64,000 nucleotides of DNA from Myxococcota bacterium (lineage in GTDB: Bacteria > Myxococcota_A > SURF-8 > G963663525), in assembly GCA_963676915.2 (NCBI GenBank), contig CAXXVK010000006.1, positions 32,001 to 96,000 of the forward strand, in the 5' to 3' direction. The notes below the pieces were generated by a model that made no database searches, was not told the origin of the DNA, and saw nothing but the letters and a program-made list of their open reading frames with translations. The stretch's first letter is position 1. Every line of letters starts with the position of its first letter. The position numbers were made by a program, and so were the translations under genes. Below, in pieces: positions 40,264 through 50,026 of this stretch.

Positions 40264-41391
40264 TCAGCTTCCGTGGCGATCAAGCAGGTGATCCGCAATG
40301 GCCATGCGTGCTCGTTCGGAAGTGGTTCCCGCCAAAGAGACGAACTTGGCGTCCCTGTAGCAACGTGAGGTTTCCGAGTCGGCCATGTATCCCTTTCCAG
40401 CCATGACCTGCAAGGCGTCCGAGGCCACGCGCTCACCTGCTTCCGCTAAAAAGACTTTCAGGGCGCAAAGCACGGCAGCGGCTTCGTATTCGCCATTTTC
40501 CAATAGCCAGGCTACGCGGCGAAGGGTTTGGCGTCCACCCTGAATCTGTGTCGCGATTTCGGCTAGTTTGAAGCTGATTTCCTGGAATTTGATCAACTTT
40601 TTGTCGTTGCGTTTCGTTGACAGAGCGTGGTTTTTCGCTGCGGCAAAGGCGCGGTCCATCGTGGCCAGAGCTGCGACGCACAGCACGAGGTCTTCCGTCT
40701 CCCTCAGTTTGGCAAGAGGTTTGTCATCGTTGAACGGTCCGGCGAGGTTCTCTTCGGATACGGCCACATTTTCGAACGTTACCGGTGCTGCGGCCATGTT
40801 TTCGTAACCGAGTGTCGCTTGGCGTTCTCCGACTTTTACTCCTTGAGCCGTCCTATCGACGAGTGCGAAGGCGGGTTTGTTCTCGATCTGAAAAGAAACG
40901 ATCAATTTGTCACAAAATGGAGCATTCGTGACGTAGGGTTTGACGCCGGTCAGGTTCCAGCCGTCGGAGGTTTTTTCGACCGTAACAGCGGGAATTTCTT
41001 CCGTTGTTTCGGCGGGGTCGGATACCGCCACGGCGGCGAGAGTTTTTCCTTGGGCAACGCTTTCGGCGACTTCTGCAAATGCCTGGGTTTTTCCATAGCT
41101 TTTACAGAATCCACCAAACAGGCGTGTTGTCACTTCGAGTCCGACGAAAACATCCGATCCCATTCGTGCCACGAATTCGGCTCCGGCGAGCCAGTCACAA
41201 AGTCCCGTTCTGTTGTTCATATCCATGGCCAAAGCGGGATAGCCGGTTTCGACGAGATCGCCAAGAAAGTTTCGGTGGTACTTTTCCAATGCTGAAAGAT
41301 CGCTGGTATGGGAAATTTCCTCATGATTCTTCAAAAAGGCTTCGAGATCGGTACGTAAGGTTTTCTGGGAATCGTTCCATTCGAAATCCAT
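40264..41391 (-). CDS. Acyl-CoA dehydrogenase-fold protein, degenerate
   Basis: GVKPYVTN, FQEISFKLA, QVMAGKGY, RCYRD; lacks TEPxxGSD and RxQFG. Confidence 0.8.
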   Translation of the reverse strand: MDFEWNDSQKTLRTDLEAFLKNHEEISHTSDLSALEKYHRNFLGDLVETGYPALAMDMNNRTGLCDWLAGAEFVARMGSDVFVGLEVTTRLFGGFCKSYGKTQAFAEVAESVAQGKTLAAVAVSDPAETTEEIPAVTVEKTSDGWNLTGVKPYVTNAPFCDKLIVSFQIENKPAFALVDRTAQGVKVGERQATLGYENMAAAPVTFENVAVSEENLAGPFNDDKPLAKLRETEDLVLCVAALATMDRAFAAAKNHALSTKRNDKKLIKFQEISFKLAEIATQIQGGRQTLRRVAWLLENGEYEAAAVLCALKVFLAEAGERVASDALQVMAGKGYMADSETSRCYRDAKFVSLAGTTSERARMAIADHLLDRHGS

Positions 41392-41401
41392 GGTTTTCTC
41401 C

Positions 41402-42544
41402 CTAAATCAGTTTGGCAATGATGGTTTTTTGGATTTCCGAGGTGCCGCCGCCGATCGCAGCAAGTCGCCCGTCTCTGAAGACCCGTTCCACGTCGTACTC
41501 GTGGCAGAAACCGTAGCCACCATGCAGGGTTACGGCATCGCTTGTCGGGCCGAGCGACCAGTCGCCGACGAACAGTTTTGCAATAGCGGCGTCCAGATGA
41601 TTCACAGGTTTTCCCTGATCTTTGCACCAGGCCATGCGGTAAACCAGTGTTCGGGCGATTTCCAGGAAGATTTTCATATTGGCGATTTTGTGCTTGACTC
41701 CCTGGAACGATCCAATGGGGCGTCCGAACTGTTGTCGTTCGCTGGCGTAACGGCAGGATTTTTCGATGAGGTACTGCATGGAGCCGATCATCGGGGCGAG
41801 CAGGGTAGAACGGTCCCACTCGACGGTTTGAAGCGCCATGAGAAAGCCCATGCCTTCGAATCCGAGCAGGTTTTCCGCCGGGACGGCGCAGTCTTCGAAA
41901 ACCAGTTCGGAGGTCGGTGAGGCGCGAACCCCTAGTTTGTGCAGGTCGCGGCTGACGGAAAATCCCGGCGTGCCTTTTTCGACGATAAACGCGGAAATTC
42001 CCGTATGGCCGCCTTCCGGTGAGGTCTTTGCATAAATTACGGCAACATCCGCATACGAACCGTTGGTGATGAAGATTTTCGAGCCGTTCAAAATCCAGCG
42101 GTCGCCGTCCTTGACGGCTCGTGTCTTGACCGACGCTGCGTCGCTGCCTGCTCCCGGTTCGGTCAATCCCATACAACCGACCCATTCACCGCTTGCCAGT
42201 TTTGGAACGTATTTGCGTTTTTGCGCGTCGTTGCCATGAGTGAAGATCGTATCGGCGCAAAGAAAGGTATGCGCACCGTAAGAGAGCGTCAAACCCCCGT
42301 CCACTCCGGCCTCGCCCAAAGCTTCACCAGCAAGCACGGAGGTCATGACGTCGGCGTTGGCTCCACCGAAATCCTCCGGGAAATGCAGACCCAACAAGCC
42401 GAATTCCCCGAGTTTTCGAAAAGATTCAAGGTCGAACTGACCTTTGAGGTCGAATTCCTGAACCCTGGGTACGATTTCTTTTTTCGCGAATTTCAGGACT
42501 TCTTCTTTAAACAGTTTTTGTTCGTCAGTGATACGGAAATCCAT
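41402..42544 (-). CDS. Acyl-CoA dehydrogenase (isovaleryl-CoA dehydrogenase-like)
   Basis: [49 protein letters not shown]. Confidence 0.92.
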   Translation of the reverse strand: MDFRITDEQKLFKEEVLKFAKKEIVPRVQEFDLKGQFDLESFRKLGEFGLLGLHFPEDFGGANADVMTSVLAGEALGEAGVDGGLTLSYGAHTFLCADTIFTHGNDAQKRKYVPKLASGEWVGCMGLTEPGAGSDAASVKTRAVKDGDRWILNGSKIFITNGSYADVAVIYAKTSPEGGHTGISAFIVEKGTPGFSVSRDLHKLGVRASPTSELVFEDCAVPAENLLGFEGMGFLMALQTVEWDRSTLLAPMIGSMQYLIEKSCRYASERQQFGRPIGSFQGVKHKIANMKIFLEIARTLVYRMAWCKDQGKPVNHLDAAIAKLFVGDWSLGPTSDAVTLHGGYGFCHEYDVERVFRDGRLAAIGGGTSEIQKTIIAKLI

Positions 42545-42902
42545 AGAACCTCCTCGTTCGATCCTGTCTGCACAGCGTTTTGCAGCATCGGTGTCGTGTC
42601 GGAATCGGTAGCGGAATATTTTTTGATAACGGAGAATATCCAAGCACTATTCGGGAAAAAAGTAAAGAATGTTGCTCGGTGCGCATGAAGATGAACGAAT
42701 GAAACCGTTCGAGAAATCTTCTTCTATTTTCTCAAAAATCGCGTCTTTTTACGTAATGGTCCGGTTCAAGCTTCCGGGAAAGCCGGTGAATCGGTTTTCC
42801 TGCTAGAAAATTTCCGTACAAAGTCGTCAAGCCATTGCATTTAGATGGAAAATGTGGTTTAGCTGTGCTCAGGTTTGAGGATGGTCACTGGATGTGGCCG
42901 AA

Positions 42903-42988
42903 TACGGTTGGGGTGTCGGACCGAAAGGTGCGGCTGAGAACAAACCCAACGAACCTGATCCGGATCATGCCGGCGTGAGGGAACCGTA
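42903..42988 (+). ncRNA. TPP riboswitch (THI element)
   Basis: P1 TACGGTT/AACCGTA, GGGGTG...GCTGAGA, ACCC, GAACCTGATCCGGATCATGCCGGCGTGAGGGA; lies upstream of thiamine genes. Confidence 0.95.
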
Positions 42989-43009
42989 AGGAAAAGCACG
43001 AAATTCGAG

Positions 43010-43039
43010 TGCGGAATCCCACGGGTTCCGCATTTTTTT
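43010..43039 (+). terminator. Riboswitch expression-platform terminator
   Basis: TGCGGAATCCC-AC-GGGTTCCGCA then T7, between the aptamer and the thi4 RBS. Confidence 0.8.
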
Positions 43040-43052
43040 CTTGGAGGAAAGC

Positions 43053-43823
43053 ATGGAAGAGAAAATCACCCTGTCGATCGTCAACCGATTTTTCGAAAAA
43101 CTGAAAGACAACCTGATCCTGGATGCCGCTATCGTCGGTGCGGGACCGTCTGGGTTGGTAGCAGCCCAGAGTCTGGCCAAAGCCGGAAAAAAAGTGGCCG
43201 TGTTCGAACGGAAACTGGCTCCGGGCGGAGGAATCTGGGGCGGCGGTATGTTGTTCAACGAAATCGTGGTGCAGGAAGAAGTCCTGTCGATTCTCAACGA
43301 TTTCAATATCGGGTATGCAGACGCCGGTGACGGGTATTATACGGCGGATGCTGTGGAAGTCTCCTCCGGGTTGATTTTCGGAGCGATGAAGGCCGGTGCC
43401 AAAGTGTTCAACACCATCGGTGCCGAAGATATCGTGTTCAAAGACAACAAGGTTTGCGGTCTGGTGATCAACTGGACGCCTGTTACCCACCTGGGAATGC
43501 ACGTCGATCCGTTGGTGGTCACAGCCAAGGCCGTTCTCGATGGTACGGGCCATCCGAGCGAAGTGATCGAACTGGCCAGCAAAAAGGCTGGAGTCGAGTT
43601 GGCTACACCCACCGGCAAGATCATGGGAGAAAAACCGATGTGGATGGAAAGCGGCGAGGCTTCGACCGTGGTGAATACGAAGGAACTCTATCCGGGACTG
43701 TTTGCCTCCGGTATGGCGGCCAATAACGCCAGTGGCGGTTTTCGGATGGGACCGATTTTCGGCGGTATGTTGATGAGCGGCCGGAAAGTCGCCGAATTGA
43801 TGATGGAACGGATCAATGATTGA
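43053..43823 (+). CDS. thi4: Sulfide-dependent ADP-thiazole synthase (Thi4, non-Cys type)
   Basis: [40 protein letters not shown]. Confidence 0.95.
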   Translation: MEEKITLSIVNRFFEKLKDNLILDAAIVGAGPSGLVAAQSLAKAGKKVAVFERKLAPGGGIWGGGMLFNEIVVQEEVLSILNDFNIGYADAGDGYYTADAVEVSSGLIFGAMKAGAKVFNTIGAEDIVFKDNKVCGLVINWTPVTHLGMHVDPLVVTAKAVLDGTGHPSEVIELASKKAGVELATPTGKIMGEKPMWMESGEASTVVNTKELYPGLFASGMAANNASGGFRMGPIFGGMLMSGRKVAELMMERIND

Positions 43824-44439
43824 GCGCTTCGGTCTGTACCTGATCCTCACCGAGCCGGACAGGGGATACGAATACTGCGCCAAAGCAGCCGTAGACGCTG
43901 AACTGCTTTATCTGCAACTCCGCATGAAAAACGCGGAGCACGACGACGTTCGGGCGATGGCCGAGAAATTGCGAGCGATTACTCAGGGGACGAAAACCCG
44001 GTTTATCGTCAACGATTTTCTCGACATCGCCATGGAAGTCGACGCCGATGGCGTACATCTGGGACAGAGCGATCTGGATATTATCGAGGCGCGCAATCGC
44101 TGGATGGCGCCGGGTAAGCGGTTCGGATTGAGCACGCACAATCCGAACCAGGAGAAAAAAGCCCGCTATCTCGCACCGGATTACATCGGTGTGGGACCGG
44201 TGTATGCGACGCCGACCAAGGCCGTTCCCGATCCAACGGTAGGGTTGGAAACGATGGAAAAGATTGTTGCTGAAACGCCTCTTACGAGCGTAGCCATTGG
44301 CGGGATCGATACCGAAAATCTTCCTCATGTTCTCGAAGCGGGAGCCATTAACTTCTCGGTCGTACGTACCGTGAACCGGACGGATGATCCCGCTGGGGCG
44401 ATTGCGAGGCTGATGCGGATCTGGCGGGAATTTCAATAA
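43816..44439 (+). CDS. thiE: Thiamine-phosphate synthase
   Basis: [42 protein letters not shown]. Confidence 0.95.
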   Translation: MIERFGLYLILTEPDRGYEYCAKAAVDAELLYLQLRMKNAEHDDVRAMAEKLRAITQGTKTRFIVNDFLDIAMEVDADGVHLGQSDLDIIEARNRWMAPGKRFGLSTHNPNQEKKARYLAPDYIGVGPVYATPTKAVPDPTVGLETMEKIVAETPLTSVAIGGIDTENLPHVLEAGAINFSVVRTVNRTDDPAGAIARLMRIWREFQ

Positions 44440-44779
44440 AATTCTGTTGGATGAATGAATTAAAGCTATTCCCTGTAATGATTTCAATAGTATAGATGAA
44501 CTGTAAGCTTTTGTTTTGACAGGGTTTAATGCTCTTCGTGTTGTTCTGCTTGCAAGATGCTTGTCCTTTGATTTTCATTAAAAGTGCCTTGTTTTGTGCC
44601 ATTCTAGTAGGAATTGGCACAGGGGTTGGTACTCTGAAAACGAATCGTTTGGTCAAATTCCCCAATCTACTTTTTTCGATATCTGAAAAGTGCTGGAAGT
44701 TCTAAGTAACCAAGGGGGTTGACCTAGAAGCGACAAGGTTGTATGTAACAAAATTCGCTTCGACGGAAAGGAGAACGCC

Positions 44780-45238
44780 ATGTCGTTGTTGGAAGAATTC
44801 AGTAATCGTTTGAAAGAGGCCATGAAATCTCGCAATCAACAGGAATTGGGTGTGTTGCGGATGGTCAAGACCCGGTTTCAGCAGAAAAAAACGGAAAAAG
44901 GCTTTTCCGGCGAATTGACGGACGATGTGGCTCGCGAAGTCATCGGGCAGTATGTCAAGCAAATGAAACGTGCCTTGGAGGATTTCGAACGTGCCGGAGC
45001 ACAGGGTGAGGAAAAAGCTGCCCAGGCTCGTTTCGAAGTCGAATATCTCAAGGATTTTCTGCCACAGGTGATGTCCGAGGAACAGACCCTCGAATTAGTA
45101 AAATCGGTAATTGCCGAACAGGGGCTGGACCAACCCAACCACGCCGGGCGCGTTGTCGGAGCGGTGATGAAAAACCACAAGGGCAAAGTGGACCCCGCGT
45201 TGGTCAAAAAACTGGCAACCGAACTTCTTGCCGGATAA
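44780..45238 (+). CDS. GatB/YqeY domain protein
   Basis: LKEAMK...LRM, EVEYLKDFLPQ.MSEE, GRVVGAVMK...GKVD. Confidence 0.9.
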   Translation: MSLLEEFSNRLKEAMKSRNQQELGVLRMVKTRFQQKKTEKGFSGELTDDVAREVIGQYVKQMKRALEDFERAGAQGEEKAAQARFEVEYLKDFLPQVMSEEQTLELVKSVIAEQGLDQPNHAGRVVGAVMKNHKGKVDPALVKKLATELLAG

Positions 45239-45279
45239 CCGAGGATTCTCGGACTATTTTCTTTAGCATTGGTGCATCG

Positions 45280-46197
45280 ATGAATCTCTACAAGCGTTTT
45301 TCCGAGTTTCCGTCCAACGAAGGCAGGATCGTACTGACGGCGGGCAATTTCGACGGTGTTCATATGGGACACCGAGCCCTTCTCGAACATACCGTTCAGC
45401 GAGCGCGTCAACTGGCCGCCAAGGCTGTGTTCGTCACCTTCGACCCACATCCCGTGCAGCTTTTTAAACCGGGAAGTTTCACGCCCCTACAAACTTTGCG
45501 TGAGCGGGTCGATGCCATGGCGCGACTCGAACCGTATGCCATTGGGGTCGTCGAATTCAACCGTGATCTTGCCGATACTCCGGCTCGGGAGTTTTTTACG
45601 CATTTTTTGTTGAAAAAGCTCGATTTGGCGGGTGTTGTCCTTGGATGGAATTCGACGTTTGGTAAAGGTCGCGAAGGGACAGCCGAGAAAATCTCCGAAT
45701 TCGGCAAGGAAATGGGATTTGAGGTGGACATCTTCCCTGCCTACATGTGGGAAGGTAAACCCGTCAGTTCGACACGTATTCGCAACGCGATTGCTGATGG
45801 TGATTGCCGAGCCGCCGCCGCCATGCTGGGGCATCCCTACGTGCTTCGGGGACATGTCGTCAAAGGATTTCAACGGGGCCGCAAACTGGGATTTCCTACC
45901 GCCAATCTCAGCCGTCAAAGTTGTATTGTTCCTGCCAATGGGGTTTATGGCGGGTATTGTATCGTCGATGGTCAACGGCATCTTGCGGCGATCAGTGTTG
46001 GCACTAATCCCACCTTCGGAAATCTTGAGCAATCTGTGGAAGCTTTCATTCTGGATTTCGATAAAGAAATCTACGGCGAGACCATCGAAATCGAATTTGC
46101 CATGCATGTACGTAGCGGAAAGAAATTCGCCAACGTGGACGAACTGATTGCCGAAATGACCAGGGACGTGCAGCGCATCAGGGAGAGTCTCGATTAG
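45280..46197 (+). CDS. ribF: Bifunctional riboflavin kinase/FAD synthetase
   Basis: GNFDGVHMGH, TFDPHP, SSTRIR, GRKLGFPTAN, GTNPTF, EAFILDF. Confidence 0.96.
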   Translation: MNLYKRFSEFPSNEGRIVLTAGNFDGVHMGHRALLEHTVQRARQLAAKAVFVTFDPHPVQLFKPGSFTPLQTLRERVDAMARLEPYAIGVVEFNRDLADTPAREFFTHFLLKKLDLAGVVLGWNSTFGKGREGTAEKISEFGKEMGFEVDIFPAYMWEGKPVSSTRIRNAIADGDCRAAAAMLGHPYVLRGHVVKGFQRGRKLGFPTANLSRQSCIVPANGVYGGYCIVDGQRHLAAISVGTNPTFGNLEQSVEAFILDFDKEIYGETIEIEFAMHVRSGKKFANVDELIAEMTRDVQRIRESLD

Positions 46198-46237
46198 GGA
46201 TTTTTCAAAATCATCGAAGCCGGGGCGGCATACGCTG

Positions 46238-47389
46238 GTGATTACCAGTTCGTACCCTCGTCACCCCAGAGATTACGCCGGGGCTTTCGTGGAACGGTCC
46301 CTGGAGTATTACGCCGATTCCGGTGGCGTAACCGTGGTTTGTCCCGACGATCGGCGTGTTCGGAGAAAAGAATTGCCTGCCGAGGGTATCCGGGTAGTTC
46401 GTTCTGGGATGTTGTTTCGCAAATTACCCGGTCCGTTTTACGGTTCCGGCGCTCCGGTGAATCTAAAAAATCCTTTCAAAGTGGCGCTGATTCCCTATGC
46501 CGTCGGTGCTTTGGCTCGCGAAGCCTGGAGCAAAGCCGTCGATGCATCCGGTGTTGTCAGTCATTGGATCGTACCGGCAGGATTGATCGGCGCTGCGGTG
46601 CGTGAGCGCTACGAACTGCCGCATCAGCTTATTGTACACGGATCGGACTGGATGACGCTCCAGCGTGCACCGGGTGGAATCACACTGGCTCGCTGGATTT
46701 TCGAGCGTTCGGACGATATCGTGGCCGTTAATCCGCAAATCGCCGAAGAAATCCGCAGCGTAGGTCGAAATTCTTTTTCCCATCGTCTGCGCGTCGTTCC
46801 GATGGGTATCGATACCGAACCATTCCAGCGTCTGGCCATGCACGAAAAACCGGAAGGTGTGTTGCGTATCGGTTTTCTCGGGCGCTTGATTCGGGGAAAA
46901 GGGGCGCGGTTACTGGTAGATGCTTTGAAAAATGTTGAAGGCGTTCGATTGGAAATCGGTGGGGAAGGGTACTTATTTCACGAAATCGAGCGTATGGCCC
47001 GAATGCAGCGGATGCCTCTGAAAATGCTGGGACCGCTGGAAGATGAGCGAAAGCTTCAGTTTTTCAGGCGTTCACATATCGTGGCGGTCTGTTCGCGCTC
47101 TATGCCGGATTTTCGGGAAGGCTGTCCGCAGGTTCTTTTGGAAGCGATGGCTTCGGGTTGTGCGGTGGTCGGTTCGGACTCGGGTGGTATTCCCTCTGTG
47201 ATCGAGCACGAACGCAACGGACTGCTCGTTCCTCCTGGTGACGAGAGAGCGTTAAGGATGACTATCGAGCGTTTGCGCGACGATCCTGAATTACGCCTCC
47301 GTTTGGGTAAAGCGGCGGCCGAAGATGCTAAAAACTATGACTGGGAACGCATCGGTCCACGACTCGTTGAAGGATTCGAGCGGGAGTGA
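46238..47389 (+). CDS. GT4-family glycosyltransferase
   Basis: TSSYPR, HGSD, GRLIRGKG, EGCPQVLLEAMASG, NGLLVPPGD; exact start uncertain. Confidence 0.9.
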   Translation: MITSSYPRHPRDYAGAFVERSLEYYADSGGVTVVCPDDRRVRRKELPAEGIRVVRSGMLFRKLPGPFYGSGAPVNLKNPFKVALIPYAVGALAREAWSKAVDASGVVSHWIVPAGLIGAAVRERYELPHQLIVHGSDWMTLQRAPGGITLARWIFERSDDIVAVNPQIAEEIRSVGRNSFSHRLRVVPMGIDTEPFQRLAMHEKPEGVLRIGFLGRLIRGKGARLLVDALKNVEGVRLEIGGEGYLFHEIERMARMQRMPLKMLGPLEDERKLQFFRRSHIVAVCSRSMPDFREGCPQVLLEAMASGCAVVGSDSGGIPSVIEHERNGLLVPPGDERALRMTIERLRDDPELRLRLGKAAAEDAKNYDWERIGPRLVEGFERE

Positions 47390-47398
47390 ACGAGCGTT

Positions 47399-49780
47399 TT
47401 AATCAGCTTGTAACGTTTCCGGGGGAAATACGGTATCGGCACAGCAACGGAACCCGAATTTCTCCGAACGATCGAAGGTTTGCGTCTGATTCTGGCATCG
47501 GGATTGATAATCGCTGTACGTTCCTCCCATGGTAGCATGTCCCGAAACGCCTTGAATGGTTGAAGTAAACTCCGCCACATTGCCAGACAGATCATACACT
47601 CCGTTTTGACTGATGCATTGATTGAGATATCCGGTAGGCATCAGTTTCGCCGGGTCGTTGAGCGAATAACGCCCATCGTTGCAGATGTTGTCCATTTCGG
47701 TATCGCCGTATGGGAAATCCGTGGCCGGGTCACCTTCACAAGCGGCAACCCATTCTTCCAAGGTACAAAGCCGTTTTTCCGCTCGCTCGCAGGCGGCAGC
47801 GGCATCGTCGGGCGTGAGATCATACCAGGGAATTTTTCCCGGAAGGCTTTGAGCCGCTTCGTTTTCGTATTCTTCTTCTCCATCGAGGCAGGGATTTTCA
47901 CGGAACGTTGCATCGTTGCAAGAAGCTTCGTAGCGATCGATACAAACCCTGTGTCCGGGAATCGGAACCATGTTTTCCGGGCAGCGATTGGTCGGACAGT
48001 AGCCCCGTTCGACGATGGCACCGATAAAGGATTCCGAATACCCTCCAGCCGAGTCGTTGAACGCGAACTGGATGGTTCCGGGTTTGTCGTAGCTATACAC
48101 GCCTCGTTTTCCGGCATACCGGCCGGGGTAATCGATGACCGAATATCGTAGCACGAGTGAATAACGTAGCGCTGACGAAACCAGGCAGTCGGGACCGCAG
48201 GTCTCTCCAAGTTTTCCTGCCGGGGAATAGCAGATCGAGGTTGTGCCGTTATCGGGACAGCCTCCCGGATCGAGCAGGAAGGATTGTTTGGGAAGCAGAG
48301 AGATGTCGGTGACCGTCCAATCGGAAATGGCAGGGATCATCATCAATTGACGATTGCATAGATTTTCGCAGGCCAACTCACGGATTTCGTAGCTTTCCAG
48401 CGGTACGCACAGATGTTCCGCACCGGCGAGGTAAGCGAGGTCGTTTTCGTCGAGACCATTGGGTGAAAGGTACAAATTATCGAGCATTCCTTTGAAGGGA
48501 TATTGCAGGGCGTTTTCGTCATCCAAGCTACCACCGAGCACGATGGGTGCTTCGCTTTCCTGCAAGAAGGCCATGACTTCTTTGGTGTCGCCATCTTTTT
48601 CGCCATCGATATACAAGGTCAGGTTGCCGTTGTCGAAAATTATGGCTACATGCGTCCATTTGTCTCTTGCAAGTGTCTGTTCTCCCTGAATAAATTGCTG
48701 GTCACCCAGTGCGTCCCCAAGCCTGAAAACAACCTTGCCTTGTTCGATGCTCAGTTGAAAATCCGGGGCGTCGCCTTTGGTTAGCAGGATTTCTTTGCCG
48801 GAATCCGGGGCATCCCATTCCGGTTTGATGTTGACTGCCAGACTCAGAGTCCGAGAGTAGCTTCCAAAATTGTCGAGAATGTATGCACGCTGTTCGAGAC
48901 CATTGAAAGACAATCCTGTGTCGTATTTGTTATCGGTACGCAGGACAGCATTTCCGAGGTTGACGGAGGTGGAACAGTAGCGATCCGGGGCGGCAATTTC
49001 GGAATTCAACTCGAAATTGAAGGCAAGAGGCTCACGCTCTTGTTCGCAGGCGGGTACGTAACAGACGGCGTCGGCGCAGGCCCAGTTCGCAGGGCATTCT
49101 TCAATATCGTAGTCTGTGCCGTCCAGGTAACAGGTTTTTATCGCGGCTCGGTCTTCCAGGCACTCGGAGGTTCCACCCTCGCAAAGCAAAGGACCGCATT
49201 CCCCCGTTTCGGGGTGGCAGAATTCGTCGGCCTGGCAGGTCTTCTGGTCGAATCCTTCACCTGATTCACGGCAGGTGGTGGATACGAATTTGCTGTCGCA
49301 GGTGGTGCAACCAGGTTCGCATTTTCCGTCGAGATCCAAAGGACACTCGGCAACGAATCCTTCTTCCGGCTCGATATCGCCGTCATCATCGCCATCAACC
49401 GGAGCGGGTTCGGTCTGACAACGTCCCGAGACGCAGTATTCTCCCGTGTCGCAGTCATCTTCCGAGGTACAGGGTGGTTGGCAGGTGTTGGTGTCGAGAT
49501 CGCAATAACCCTCACAATGGCTGTCGTAGAGGCATTCGAGGCATTGGCGGGTGGTCCGGTCACAAATTTTATCGTCAAGGCAGTCTGCGGAAGACGTACA
49601 TGCGCTGATGCAGGTGCCGGAGGAAGGCGAGCACCATGCGCCGGAGATGCCCGAGCATTCGGTGTCGGTTGTGCAGGTTTGAGCCTCCTCGTCGCCGCCG
49701 TTTTGATTCGTTCCCGTATCTTCACAAGCCAACAAGCAGGCAATCAGAAGAAATCCGAATAGAAATTTGAAACCGTTCAT
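47399..49780 (-). CDS. Cys-rich lipoprotein with LamG and FGE-sulfatase (SUMF1) domains
   Basis: Lipobox LLAC; CxxDxDC repeats; KWTHVAI...LYIDG...FKGMLD; CIDRYE, KRLCTLEEW, GVYDLSGNVAEF, GFRCC. Confidence 0.85.
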   Translation of the reverse strand: MNGFKFLFGFLLIACLLACEDTGTNQNGGDEEAQTCTTDTECSGISGAWCSPSSGTCISACTSSADCLDDKICDRTTRQCLECLYDSHCEGYCDLDTNTCQPPCTSEDDCDTGEYCVSGRCQTEPAPVDGDDDGDIEPEEGFVAECPLDLDGKCEPGCTTCDSKFVSTTCRESGEGFDQKTCQADEFCHPETGECGPLLCEGGTSECLEDRAAIKTCYLDGTDYDIEECPANWACADAVCYVPACEQEREPLAFNFELNSEIAAPDRYCSTSVNLGNAVLRTDNKYDTGLSFNGLEQRAYILDNFGSYSRTLSLAVNIKPEWDAPDSGKEILLTKGDAPDFQLSIEQGKVVFRLGDALGDQQFIQGEQTLARDKWTHVAIIFDNGNLTLYIDGEKDGDTKEVMAFLQESEAPIVLGGSLDDENALQYPFKGMLDNLYLSPNGLDENDLAYLAGAEHLCVPLESYEIRELACENLCNRQLMMIPAISDWTVTDISLLPKQSFLLDPGGCPDNGTTSICYSPAGKLGETCGPDCLVSSALRYSLVLRYSVIDYPGRYAGKRGVYSYDKPGTIQFAFNDSAGGYSESFIGAIVERGYCPTNRCPENMVPIPGHRVCIDRYEASCNDATFRENPCLDGEEEYENEAAQSLPGKIPWYDLTPDDAAAACERAEKRLCTLEEWVAACEGDPATDFPYGDTEMDNICNDGRYSLNDPAKLMPTGYLNQCISQNGVYDLSGNVAEFTSTIQGVSGHATMGGTYSDYQSRCQNQTQTFDRSEKFGFRCCADTVFPPETLQAD

Positions 49781-49952
49781 GGGTTTTGAGCCTCCCGAAA
49801 ACGCAGAATGTATCATCCAGAGATTAGACTCTCTTTTCGGCGAAATATATCACAACTGGATGAGAATGACAGGGGAGAACGCTCAAAGCTGCGGGTTTTT
49901 GCGCAGATTGGCTCGTTTTTTTACGATTTTACGGTGAGGATTTCAGAGGTGG

Positions 49953-50009
49953 AAAAGGAAAGGCATGGAGTCTCCCGAAAAAAAATAAAGGGGTGAGAGA
50001 CTCCATACC
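49953..50009 (-). terminator. Probable terminator of the arg operon
   Basis: Minus strand GGTATGGAGTCTC...GAGACTCCATGCC followed by TTTCCTTTT, just after argH. Confidence 0.5.
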
Positions 50010-50026
50010 CGGGAAAAACCGGTTGA

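Noticed and set aside
44595-44630. Possible sigma-54 promoter TGGCAC-N5-TTGG inside an imperfect palindrome
   Set aside because: The -12 element is GG rather than GC; too weak to call
47399-47700. FGE-sulfatase C-terminus (and the C-type lectin gene) as diversity-generating retroelement targets
   Set aside because: No reverse transcriptase gene and no template repeat copy seen in the window
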